Origin: a virus
Lineage: Duplodnaviria > Caudoviricetes
Length of the DNA stretch: 30,364 bases
Reading direction: 5' to 3' (one strand)
Virus record (IMG/VR): IMGVR_UViG_3300042366_000428
Coordinates: 1-30,364 of that record
The stretch's first letter is position 1. Each line of letters starts with the position of its first letter. Shown piece by piece: positions 18,667 to 25,814 of the stretch. The notes under the pieces are model-generated. The model saw only the letters and a list, made by a program, of their open reading frames with translations. It searched no databases and was not told the origin of the DNA. The translations under genes and the position numbers were made by a program.

Positions 18667-18696
18667 CGTGTAGCCTCCGAGTGTAGGTTACACGAT
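18665..18696 (-). promoter_or_regulatory. Hairpin sequestering the RBS and start codon of the GIY-YIG gene
   Basis: mRNA AUCGUGUAACCU-ACACUCGG-AGGCUACACGAU(G): 11 of 12 pairs, covering AGG of GGAGG and AU of AUG. Confidence 0.7.
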
Positions 18697-19523
18697 CACC
18701 GACGCTCGGCCATGGCCTTCGCCATGGCGAGGATCTGTTCCGGCGTGGCCTTCTTCAGGTCGGCCGGCGACATCTTCGGCGGGGCGCTGGTGGGCGGGCG
18801 CCGGGGCGCGGCGACGGTCTCCGCGGCCTTGCGGGCCGCCGCCCGACGGGGATCGGCCTGGGGGCCGGAGGGGGCGGTCTGCGTGCCGCGGCGCGGGCCC
18901 ATCCGACCCTTGACCGCCCAGTAGGCAGTCTCCAGGTCGATCGACTCGTTCCGCTTGAGCAGGTCCGCGACCCCCGACTTGATCTCGGGGTCGTCGAGCA
19001 GGTCGGGGTGCGCCGACGTGAACCGGTCGAACTCCATGTCGGCCTGCGCGGCCCGGTACTCCGACTCCACGGGACCGAGCGCCTCCGCGAGACGGCGGCT
19101 GACCTCGGCCTCAATGCGGGCCTGGATGCTGGCCGGGTCCCACGCATCCACCTCCGGCAGCGCGTCACCCGCGGGGGGCGTGGCCAGCTTCCCGATCGAC
19201 TTGCGCCAGGCATCGCGCTCGGCCGCCAGGGCCTTGCGCTCGTCGGCCAGCTGCTGCGTCTTACGGGTCACCATCCCCTGCAGGCCCTTGGCGAGCGTCT
19301 GCAGTTCGGCGGGCAGCTTGGCGACCTCCTGGTCCCAGGACAACTTCTTGTCCTTCTGGCCCGTAGCGGGCGAGTCACCGTCGCCCCCCTCGGTGGGGGG
19401 CGACTGACCCTCGGCCTCCGCACCTTCGGGGGAGGGGGAATCGGCGGTGGGCGGGCCCGCCGATCCTTCGGCGGGGGCGGTCTGTGCCTGGGCGAGGGCC
19501 AGGGCTTCGGCGGCGATGGACAT
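18696..19523 (-). CDS. Capsid scaffolding protein, 275 aa
   Basis: Disordered acidic N-terminus, LQGMVTRKTQQLADERK (QxDYTRKTQ-like motif), coiled coil; upstream of the capsid gene. Confidence 0.82.
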   Translation of the reverse strand: MSIAAEALALAQAQTAPAEGSAGPPTADSPSPEGAEAEGQSPPTEGGDGDSPATGQKDKKLSWDQEVAKLPAELQTLAKGLQGMVTRKTQQLADERKALAAERDAWRKSIGKLATPPAGDALPEVDAWDPASIQARIEAEVSRRLAEALGPVESEYRAAQADMEFDRFTSAHPDLLDDPEIKSGVADLLKRNESIDLETAYWAVKGRMGPRRGTQTAPSGPQADPRRAAARKAAETVAAPRRPPTSAPPKMSPADLKKATPEQILAMAKAMAERR

Positions 19524-19559
19524 TGTGACTCCTCTTGGGGGTGGTCTCGTTGGCAGCGA

Positions 19560-20096
19560 TCAGCGGTTCATGCGGCGGCGGAACATCTCGCGGTCCTCGT
19601 CCTCGATCTCACCGTCGTCCTCCTGCTCAGTGCGCTCGACGGTGATCTCGTCAGGCTCCATCATCTCCTCGGCCTCCTGGGGCTCCATCATCTCCTCGGG
19701 CTCCATCTCCGTGGCCCCATCGGGCTCGGACTCCAGGAAGTCCTTGAAGCCCTGGTCCTTGGCGAGGGCCAGCAGGTGGGCGGCGATGGCGACCATCGCG
19801 TCATCGGTCTGCGCCTCCCGGATGCTCACCGGGAACGGGTTGCCGTAGTCGGTGGCGGCCTGCTCCAGCATGGCGAGGGTCCGGACCAGTTCGCCGGGCA
19901 GGCGGGACGGGTCCTTGATCTCGACCTCGACGGGGGCACCGAACAGCATGGACGCCTTGGCGGCGGCGTCCACGAGCGACTTGAGCACCTTGGCCGAGTA
20001 GGGCCGGCGGGGCGTGGGGATCTCGGTCAGCATCGCGGACTCCATGCGGGCGTCAGCGGTGTCGGCGGCACGGGCGAGGGCTTCGGGCATCTTCAT
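19560..20096 (-). CDS. Hypothetical acidic protein, 178 aa
   Basis: ORF track; GAGGAG RBS; Glu/Met-rich tail (EEMMEP twice). Confidence 0.75.
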   Translation of the reverse strand: MKMPEALARAADTADARMESAMLTEIPTPRRPYSAKVLKSLVDAAAKASMLFGAPVEVEIKDPSRLPGELVRTLAMLEQAATDYGNPFPVSIREAQTDDAMVAIAAHLLALAKDQGFKDFLESEPDGATEMEPEEMMEPQEAEEMMEPDEITVERTEQEDDGEIEDEDREMFRRRMNR

Positions 20097-20098
20097 GG

Positions 20099-21799
20099 TC
20101 AGATCTCCTCAGTGGGCATGGCGGGGGGCGGGGCGGTGTCGGGCGCGGGGGGCGCGGCGATGAAGGTGTCGGGCAGGTTGTAGGAGCGAACCAGTTCACG
20201 GAGGATGGCCTCGGCGGGGGCACCGAGCTGGCCGAGGATCGGGGTGAGCTGCACCAGGGCCTCACGCTTGGCCGCGTCGCCCATCGGGGTGCTCCCCTGG
20301 TCCAACGCGAAGGTTGGGAACTGGCCCCGGAGGTCCTGCTCAGTGAGGATGACGGGGCCGATGCCGGGGAGGTTCAGGGCCTCACCCTCATCGGCCAGGA
20401 TCACGGCCAGCATCGAGCAGTAGGCCAGCGACATGTCCACGATCGCCTGGTCCCGGACGCGCACCATGCGCCCGAGACTGGACGCCGTGTACTCCTGCAG
20501 GAGGCGGTTCTCCGTGGCGGTGACACCGGTCACCTGACCGCTGACGAAGGGGGCATTGACCCCACTCTGCTGAATGTCGCTCTCCACCTGCTGCTCGTGC
20601 AGGGCGATGTCAGCGGGGATGGGCTCCTGGGGCACCGGGATCATGTTCCCGGTCAGGTCGGCGCCGGGCTGCACCGTGCACTCGATCATCTCGGAGTCCA
20701 CGCCCTCACCGATCTTCGCCACGGCCTCCTGGTCGAGGAACCCGGGGCGGACGAGCCACTGGCGGGCCATGCGACGCACGCCACGCAGGCGGTAAGTCCT
20801 CATCAGATTGAGTTCAGCGACCAGTGGGTACACCCGACCGACGAGGCTGTAGCCGCGGAGCGGGATCTCGGGGTCGCGCGAGAAGTAGAGCGGGACGATG
20901 GGCACGACCGGGTTGCCAGCGGCGTCCCTGAACGGGATCCCCGTGTACGTCGTCTCGACCCGCTCCTCGACTTCGGGGGACTCGTCCTCGACCTGCGGGT
21001 CATCCGAGGAGGCGCCCGTCTGCACCTTGACGCCCTTGAAGAGGAACCGGTCGTCCCGGTCGTGATCGGGGGACCAGACCACCAGACGGTCGGAATCCAG
21101 ATCGTAGACCTCGACGATGCGAACCCACCCGCCACCGGGGTCGTCCCCCGACTGCGCGATGTCCATGGCCGAGGAGGTCACCCCGTTGAGCGGGATGCCC
21201 GTGGGCGAGTCCAGCCACCGGCTGTACGCCCGGGGCCGGTAGCTGCCGCGACGCTTGCCGAACCGGGTCACGGCATCCTCGACCGTGATCAGGCTGATGA
21301 CGCCCACCCACCGCTGCTGGTCCCAGGACCCCGCCGTGTCATCCACCAGCACCTCCCAGGGCGGGAGAGCCGTGCAGGTGATCCGGCGCAGGGGGTCGGG
21401 ACTGGTGCCGGTGGCGAGCCGCACGGCGGCCCATGGGAAGATCAGCGCGAGCCGGCTGGCGTCCTCGATCTGGGCCCGCTGCCGGAGCAGCCACTCGTTC
21501 GCCACCGCCTGAGCCACCTCCGGGTTGCCCTCGCCCCGGAGATCGGGGGTCATCACCACGGCCGGGTTCCGGGCGTAGATGCTCCCGATGTAGCCCTCGA
21601 CCAGGGCGAAGGTCCGAGCCACCTCGGTCACCAGGGGGACGGCCGTGGTGCCGTTCGCACTGGTGCCGTAGGGGAGGTTCGGGTCACGCCAGAACTCGGT
21701 CATGTAGATGCGCTTCCACTCGCGCATCCGGGGGCGCAGGCTCTCCCAGTAGGCATCGTGCCGGGAGAGCAGGTCCTTGACGTTCTGAGGGGTCAGCAT
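20099..21799 (-). CDS. Portal protein, 566 aa
   Basis: ATG 21799 (MLTPQNVK...) right after TerL; motifs IYARNP, LPPWEVLVD, P.VPL, GYSLV...ELN and SGV...G..TATE; size and position. Confidence 0.85.
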   Translation of the reverse strand: MLTPQNVKDLLSRHDAYWESLRPRMREWKRIYMTEFWRDPNLPYGTSANGTTAVPLVTEVARTFALVEGYIGSIYARNPAVVMTPDLRGEGNPEVAQAVANEWLLRQRAQIEDASRLALIFPWAAVRLATGTSPDPLRRITCTALPPWEVLVDDTAGSWDQQRWVGVISLITVEDAVTRFGKRRGSYRPRAYSRWLDSPTGIPLNGVTSSAMDIAQSGDDPGGGWVRIVEVYDLDSDRLVVWSPDHDRDDRFLFKGVKVQTGASSDDPQVEDESPEVEERVETTYTGIPFRDAAGNPVVPIVPLYFSRDPEIPLRGYSLVGRVYPLVAELNLMRTYRLRGVRRMARQWLVRPGFLDQEAVAKIGEGVDSEMIECTVQPGADLTGNMIPVPQEPIPADIALHEQQVESDIQQSGVNAPFVSGQVTGVTATENRLLQEYTASSLGRMVRVRDQAIVDMSLAYCSMLAVILADEGEALNLPGIGPVILTEQDLRGQFPTFALDQGSTPMGDAAKREALVQLTPILGQLGAPAEAILRELVRSYNLPDTFIAAPPAPDTAPPPAMPTEEI

Positions 21800-21804
21800 C
21801 GGGG

Positions 21805-23370
21805 TCACCGGGAGAACGGGTTGGCGAAGGGGTTGCCGGATGCCCGGATCCGACGGGCCCGGTTGGCGGCGAGGAGTTCTTGCACTCGGACACCAGCAGC
21901 AGCGTTCTGCGCGTTGCGCCAGTTGGCTGGCACGTCGCGCAGACACCGGTACGCCAGTGCCAGGGCCATCGCGGAGTCATCGTAGCCACCGGTGGGGGCT
22001 TCGGGGGCCACCTTGCCGGGGAGCACCGTCAGGGCACGGAGTTCGAGGTGTGTCGTCCGGTCGAGGAGTCGTACCAGCGGTAGCGCGTCGCGGAGGGTGT
22101 TGTAGGCGTCGAGCTTGGACTGCAGCGTGGTGACCCAGGGCTTGGACGTGCGGGGGTCGCGCCACTGGTTCTGGTAGCCGCAGTTCTGTAGTTCGAGCAG
22201 CAGGGCGTGGCCGTGGTTGTTCGACTCGGTCAGCACCAGGGCCTGGTTGTACCGACTGGCGACCTGGACGACCCGGTGGGCCCACTGCTGGGGCGTCATC
22301 CGGTTGGACCGCTCGGTGTAGACGGGCTGGTGTGTGCCCACGCAGACTACGGCGAGCGCCGAGTAGTCGCCGCCCACCCCGCCACCTACGTCCACGCCCA
22401 TCACGTACCGATCGTGGGGATGGGGCGCCTCGATCTCCCGCCGGTCCGGGGTGATCGTGTAGTCCAGTACGTCGATCGCCTCCAGTACGGCTGCATCGAA
22501 GTAGGCCCCGTCCACGTCGATCAGCGCGTCGTCCAGATCGGCGGGGTACTCACGGCGGAACTTCCGGTAGCTTCCGAGTCGGGCGATGGTGTCCCGACGC
22601 CACTGCACCTGCTCAGGGTCGAGGGAGTAGCGGGCGATGGCCTGTGCCTCACCCTCGGCGGGGGCCGATTCGGGGTTGGGGGTGGCACGGTAAGCGGGGT
22701 GCTCCCACCACCAGTGGGTGAGCATGTGCCACCCGCCGGGGTCACGGACCAGCTTCGAGAAGAAGTCGTCCGGGTTGGCCGCTGTGCTCTCCATGATGAT
22801 CAGCCCGTTGGGGCCGACGGCGGCGTCCACCTGGGCCAGCACCTCCTCCAGATCGGGGGCGTAGGCCGCCTCAGAGATCAGTGCGGCGGCCGGAGAGAAC
22901 GATCGGAGACCAGTGCCTGACCGACTGGTGTACGCCCGGATGCTGGCCCCGGTGTCGGTCCACGTGATCCCGGTGCGGGTCGATCGCGTCTCCCGCCGGA
23001 GGGCGATGGGCAGGTCGGTGGCCCACCGACGGTGGTCGTCGAGCAGGGACTGGGCCGAGTCCGCCCGCATCGAGATGACGGCGTGCATGGCCGCGTGCGG
23101 GGTCGTGTTGGCCAAGTGATGCACCACCATCTTGGCCCCCGTCGTGGCCGCCACCTGCCGTGCCTTGACGACGAGGATCCGCTTGTGCCCCTCCTTGACC
23201 GCGTCGAAGATCTTGGCCTGCATGGGCAGCGGGTCGAAGGGGATCGGCTGCTTGCTGTCCTTGTCCTGGACCTTGTGCAGCTTGGCGAACAACTCTACGT
23301 CGGCCAGCAGGCGGGCCAACCGCGGGTCGTCCCGCATGGGGGCGGGCAGGGACTGCGGCAGGTAGACCAT
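21805..23370 (-). CDS. terL: Terminase large subunit, 521 aa
   Basis: ATG 23370 (TGATG). ATPase motifs KARQVAATT, LISEAAY and MESTA; RNase H-like GVDVGGGVGGDYSA, ESNNHG and YDDSAMALALA. Confidence 0.93.
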   Translation of the reverse strand: MVYLPQSLPAPMRDDPRLARLLADVELFAKLHKVQDKDSKQPIPFDPLPMQAKIFDAVKEGHKRILVVKARQVAATTGAKMVVHHLANTTPHAAMHAVISMRADSAQSLLDDHRRWATDLPIALRRETRSTRTGITWTDTGASIRAYTSRSGTGLRSFSPAAALISEAAYAPDLEEVLAQVDAAVGPNGLIIMESTAANPDDFFSKLVRDPGGWHMLTHWWWEHPAYRATPNPESAPAEGEAQAIARYSLDPEQVQWRRDTIARLGSYRKFRREYPADLDDALIDVDGAYFDAAVLEAIDVLDYTITPDRREIEAPHPHDRYVMGVDVGGGVGGDYSALAVVCVGTHQPVYTERSNRMTPQQWAHRVVQVASRYNQALVLTESNNHGHALLLELQNCGYQNQWRDPRTSKPWVTTLQSKLDAYNTLRDALPLVRLLDRTTHLELRALTVLPGKVAPEAPTGGYDDSAMALALAYRCLRDVPANWRNAQNAAAGVRVQELLAANRARRIRASGNPFANPFSR

Positions 23371-23870
23371 CAGGACTCGGCCCCAGTGGGCATGGCCGCA
23401 AGCAGGGCAGCCAGTTGTGCGACGGCGGGGTCCGTGGGCTCGATGCCGGTGCGGGTCGCCGCCTCGGCCAGGGCCCGCCGGTGCTGGCGACGATCCTCGA
23501 CGACGTACTTGGCGACGTCGACCCGGGCCTTGCTCGGCTCCTTGTCGGTCAGGGACTCGCGCAGGGCCGTGATGGCCGATGGGAGCAGGGACTCCATCTC
23601 GTGCTCGATGTCGACCAGCGGGACGCCGAGGGCCAGGGCCAGCGGCCGGGTCCCCGTAGGGGTGGGCCACGCGATGGGCGGCGGCGGGGGCGTGCGGGGC
23701 GTAGCGCCGTGCTCCAGCGCGTGCAGGTCGGTCGACGGGATCTCGCGGGTCCGCCACGAGTGGCCGCACTTGCACCGACGGATCCGGTGGACCGTCCCGT
23801 CCTGGGCACTGTCCACGGCCGATGCCGAGTTGACCCGGTGCTCGTAGGTCCCGCACTTCGGGCACTGCAT
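23370..23870 (-). CDS. Putative terminase small subunit with N-terminal NrdR-like Zn ribbon, 166 aa
   Basis: GGAGG 9 nt before ATG 23870. MQCPKCG...V...DG.VHRIRRCKCGHSWRTRE followed by LLPSAITALRESL...ARVDVAKYVVE; coupled to terL. Confidence 0.65.
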   Translation of the reverse strand: MQCPKCGTYEHRVNSASAVDSAQDGTVHRIRRCKCGHSWRTREIPSTDLHALEHGATPRTPPPPPIAWPTPTGTRPLALALGVPLVDIEHEMESLLPSAITALRESLTDKEPSKARVDVAKYVVEDRRQHRRALAEAATRTGIEPTDPAVAQLAALLAAMPTGAES

Positions 23871-23887
23871 GGGGGGCATCCTCCCTG

Positions 23888-23983
23888 GTGTTACGGCGCG
23901 CGTAACACTTCTGGACACCATCGTAACACCGGAGAGGGCAGTTACCATCCCGCGGGTCCAGATTCGTTACGGTCACCGTAACG
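23888..23983. promoter_or_regulatory. Cluster of GTTACG-N5-CGTAAC palindromic sites upstream of the packaging/late genes
   Basis: GTGTTACG-gcgcg-CGTAACAC at 23888-23908; CGTTACGG-tca-CCGTAACG at 23965-23983; extra half-sites CGTAACAC at 23922-23929 and GTTAC at 23941-23945. Confidence 0.7.
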
Positions 23984-23985
23984 GG

Positions 23986-24387
23986 CTACCTCCAGACGTG
24001 TCCCCCACAGTACTCGGCCACGGGATCGAACCCGTGGGGGCCGACGGACGATGCGGGCACGGTGCGCGAGTAGACCTGGTGGTTGCGCCAGATGTTCTGG
24101 CTGCGAGAACGCATGACCATCGTGGCCCACGAGTGCCACTTCGTGCGACCCTTCTTGGGGTCGAACTGGCTCCGTGGGCTGCGGGATCGCTTGATTAGCG
24201 TGAGACGCAAGTCCCCGAGAAAACACTCGATGTCCATCCCGTCAGGCGGGCGAAGGCCCGCGTGGGCCGCGAGCTTCGGGATCTCGTAGAGCAGCCGGTG
24301 CGCCCACTCAGGCTGGTTCCAGTCGGGGCTCGGGGTGGGAGCGAACTGCGAGGCCCATGCGTTCGGGCACCACTGGGTCGTGTTCAT
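23986..24387 (-). CDS. Sigma70 region-2-like protein, 133 aa
   Basis: DIECFLGDLRLTLIKR...FDPKKGRTKWHSWATMVMRSRSQNIWR resembles sigma2 (D..DL.Q...L...FDPxxG..F.TWA....RN...D..R); no region 4. Confidence 0.65.
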   Translation of the reverse strand: MNTTQWCPNAWASQFAPTPSPDWNQPEWAHRLLYEIPKLAAHAGLRPPDGMDIECFLGDLRLTLIKRSRSPRSQFDPKKGRTKWHSWATMVMRSRSQNIWRNHQVYSRTVPASSVGPHGFDPVAEYCGGHVWR

Positions 24388-25136
24388 GTGTGTCCTCGGT
24401 TAGTGCGCGGGGCGGTCAGGATGGCCGCCACCAGCGGCAAGTTCTTGTACCGGCAGACTACCGAGTGGGCGGTGCTCTGTGCTACCCCGACGGCACGTCC
24501 GGCCGCGGCGGTAGACCAGGTGTCGATGTACGCCTCGATGACCCGTGGGTCCCGCGTCGCCGCGCCGTTGGCCCCCGCGGCACGCCCCCGTAGAGGGGCC
24601 GAATTCGCCGCCTGACGGGCCGCCGCCTCCCGGGCGACCTGCGCCACGGTCCGGGTTCGATCGTGGCCCTGGCGGACGGCTGGGGCCACGCACGCGAGCC
24701 TCCGTTCGGCCATGCTCAGGGCCTCGACCCATCCCGGCTGGTGCAGGCCGAAGTGCCGGGCCAGCTGCGCCCCGCACCCGTACCGACCGGGTGCCTCCGG
24801 CGTGGCTCCCGACGCGCCGCGGCTCCGCTTGCGGGGGTCCGGGTGGGCGGTGACGCCTACCGACGCAGGGTCGTAGGCGGCCCGGATGATGGCCCTGTCG
24901 CGGGCGGGCAGGTGGGCGACGGCCCGGACCCACAGGTCGTACCACTCGGGGGTGTCGTAGATCGGGGTCGGCGTGGCCTGCTCCCACGCGCTGGTCCTGC
25001 CGGTGTCATCGTCGGGCAGGACCTCACGCAGGACGATCGGGTCGAGCGAGGCCAGCGACTTACGGTGGTCGCCGTACTGCTCTCTGGCGACCTCGGCCCA
25101 GTAGGCGGTGGTCATCTCGTCGGTCCACGTGGGCAT
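24384..25136 (-). CDS. Sigma70 region-4-like protein with an extra C-terminal HTH, 250 aa
   Basis: LWVRAVAHLPARDRAIIRAAY...AQLARHFGL....WVEALSMAERRL (sigma4 pattern); C-terminal STAAAGRAVGVAQSTAHSVVCRY HTH. Confidence 0.6.
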   Translation of the reverse strand: MPTWTDEMTTAYWAEVAREQYGDHRKSLASLDPIVLREVLPDDDTGRTSAWEQATPTPIYDTPEWYDLWVRAVAHLPARDRAIIRAAYDPASVGVTAHPDPRKRSRGASGATPEAPGRYGCGAQLARHFGLHQPGWVEALSMAERRLACVAPAVRQGHDRTRTVAQVAREAAARQAANSAPLRGRAAGANGAATRDPRVIEAYIDTWSTAAAGRAVGVAQSTAHSVVCRYKNLPLVAAILTAPRTNRGHT

Positions 25137-25236
25137 CGTGGGCCGGGTCTACCCCGATGGGTGGGTGGGCGCGCCCGTGGGCGGTGGCAGGCACACGCCC
25201 TGTTGGCCTTCCCCCGCGTGCGGGGCCCCCGGCCAA

Positions 25237-25252
25237 GAGGTTGTACAACCTC
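25237..25252. promoter_or_regulatory. Perfect 16-bp palindrome GAGGTTGTACAACCTC
   Basis: Self-complementary and AT-richer than its surroundings; lies in the divergent control region. Confidence 0.55.
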
Positions 25253-25355
25253 CCCGGTGGGGACCCGCCCTGGCGGGGAGACCGGGCCAGGGTGCCCGTC
25301 GGCGCGGCACCCTCGGGGACGGCCGTCGTCTACGATGACGATTCCGGGTGTCGGA

Positions 25356-25453
25356 TCAAGAGGGGGTGTTCGTCGAGAATGCCGATGAACACGGGCTCCG
25401 TTCCAACGGGTCAAGAGGGGGTGTTCGTCGAGAATGTCGATGAACACGGGCTC
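25356..25453. repeat. Two 43-bp direct repeats (55-bp period), each with an internal dyad; candidate origin or operator
   Basis: tcaagagggggtgttcgtcgagaatg(c/t)cgatgaacacgggctc at 25356-25398 and 25411-25453, with one mismatch. Confidence 0.85.
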
Positions 25454-25516
25454 TGGTCTGCGATGCCGTGGTGGTCGGTGTTCCCGACAATCTTCACGGA
25501 TGATGGCATCGGGGGG

Positions 25517-25544
25517 TTGCAGGCGCCTGCGAATGGGGTAGGAT
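25517..25544 (+). promoter_or_regulatory. Sigma70-like promoter TTGCAG-N16-TAGGAT overlapped by the palindrome GCAGGCGCCTGC
   Basis: 27 nt upstream of ATG 25572 (AAGGAG RBS); palindrome at 25519-25530. Confidence 0.5.
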
Positions 25545-25571
25545 GGGGCGATCACCCCCAAGGAGTGCGCC

Positions 25572-25775
25572 ATGCCCATGCCCCCGAACCCGAACCGCGC
25601 CCCCCGAATCGAAGTGCCCGCCTGCCATGCCGAGCTGGAGTTCATCCGTCGCCAGACGGGCTCGCGCTCCACGTCTGGTGGCGCGGCGGCGCTGATCCGG
25701 TGGATCGTCGCCCACCCGGACGCCCTGGCCGAGTTCACCCGCTGGTGCGACGAGCAGCGCGAACTCGGCCAGTAG
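25572..25775 (+). CDS. Small regulator, possibly ribbon-helix-helix, 67 aa
   Basis: AAGGAG RBS; strand RIEVP, helix AELEFIRRQTG, helix AAALIRWIV; directly upstream of rep. Confidence 0.55.
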   Translation: MPMPPNPNRAPRIEVPACHAELEFIRRQTGSRSTSGGAAALIRWIVAHPDALAEFTRWCDEQRELGQ

Positions 25776-25782
25776 AACGAAG

Positions 25783-25814
25783 CGACCCCCGTCGGTGGCA
25801 GCCAACGGGGGTCG
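25783..25814 (+). terminator. Stem-loop between the small regulator and rep (attenuator-like)
   Basis: cgacccccgt-N12-acgggggtcg, 10-bp perfect stem. Confidence 0.45.

Noticed and set aside
2142-21985. Long plus-strand ORFs (e.g. 2142-3671, 7243-9216, 12692-14359, 17201-18388, 20597-21985)
   Set aside because: Antisense shadows of real minus-strand genes in high-GC DNA; low-complexity Arg/Gly/Pro translations with no motifs.
23371-23976. 202-aa N-terminal extension of TerL, or a TerS-TerL frameshift fusion
   Set aside because: The extension is compositionally non-protein-like and overlaps the Zn-ribbon gene; the TGATG coupling at 23370 gives a clean start.
25237-25252. Protelomerase (telRL) site
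   Set aside because: The palindrome is short and no protelomerase or tyrosine recombinase gene is recognisable.
25356-25453. CRISPR-like mini-array
   Set aside because: Only two repeats, a 12-nt spacer and no cas genes.
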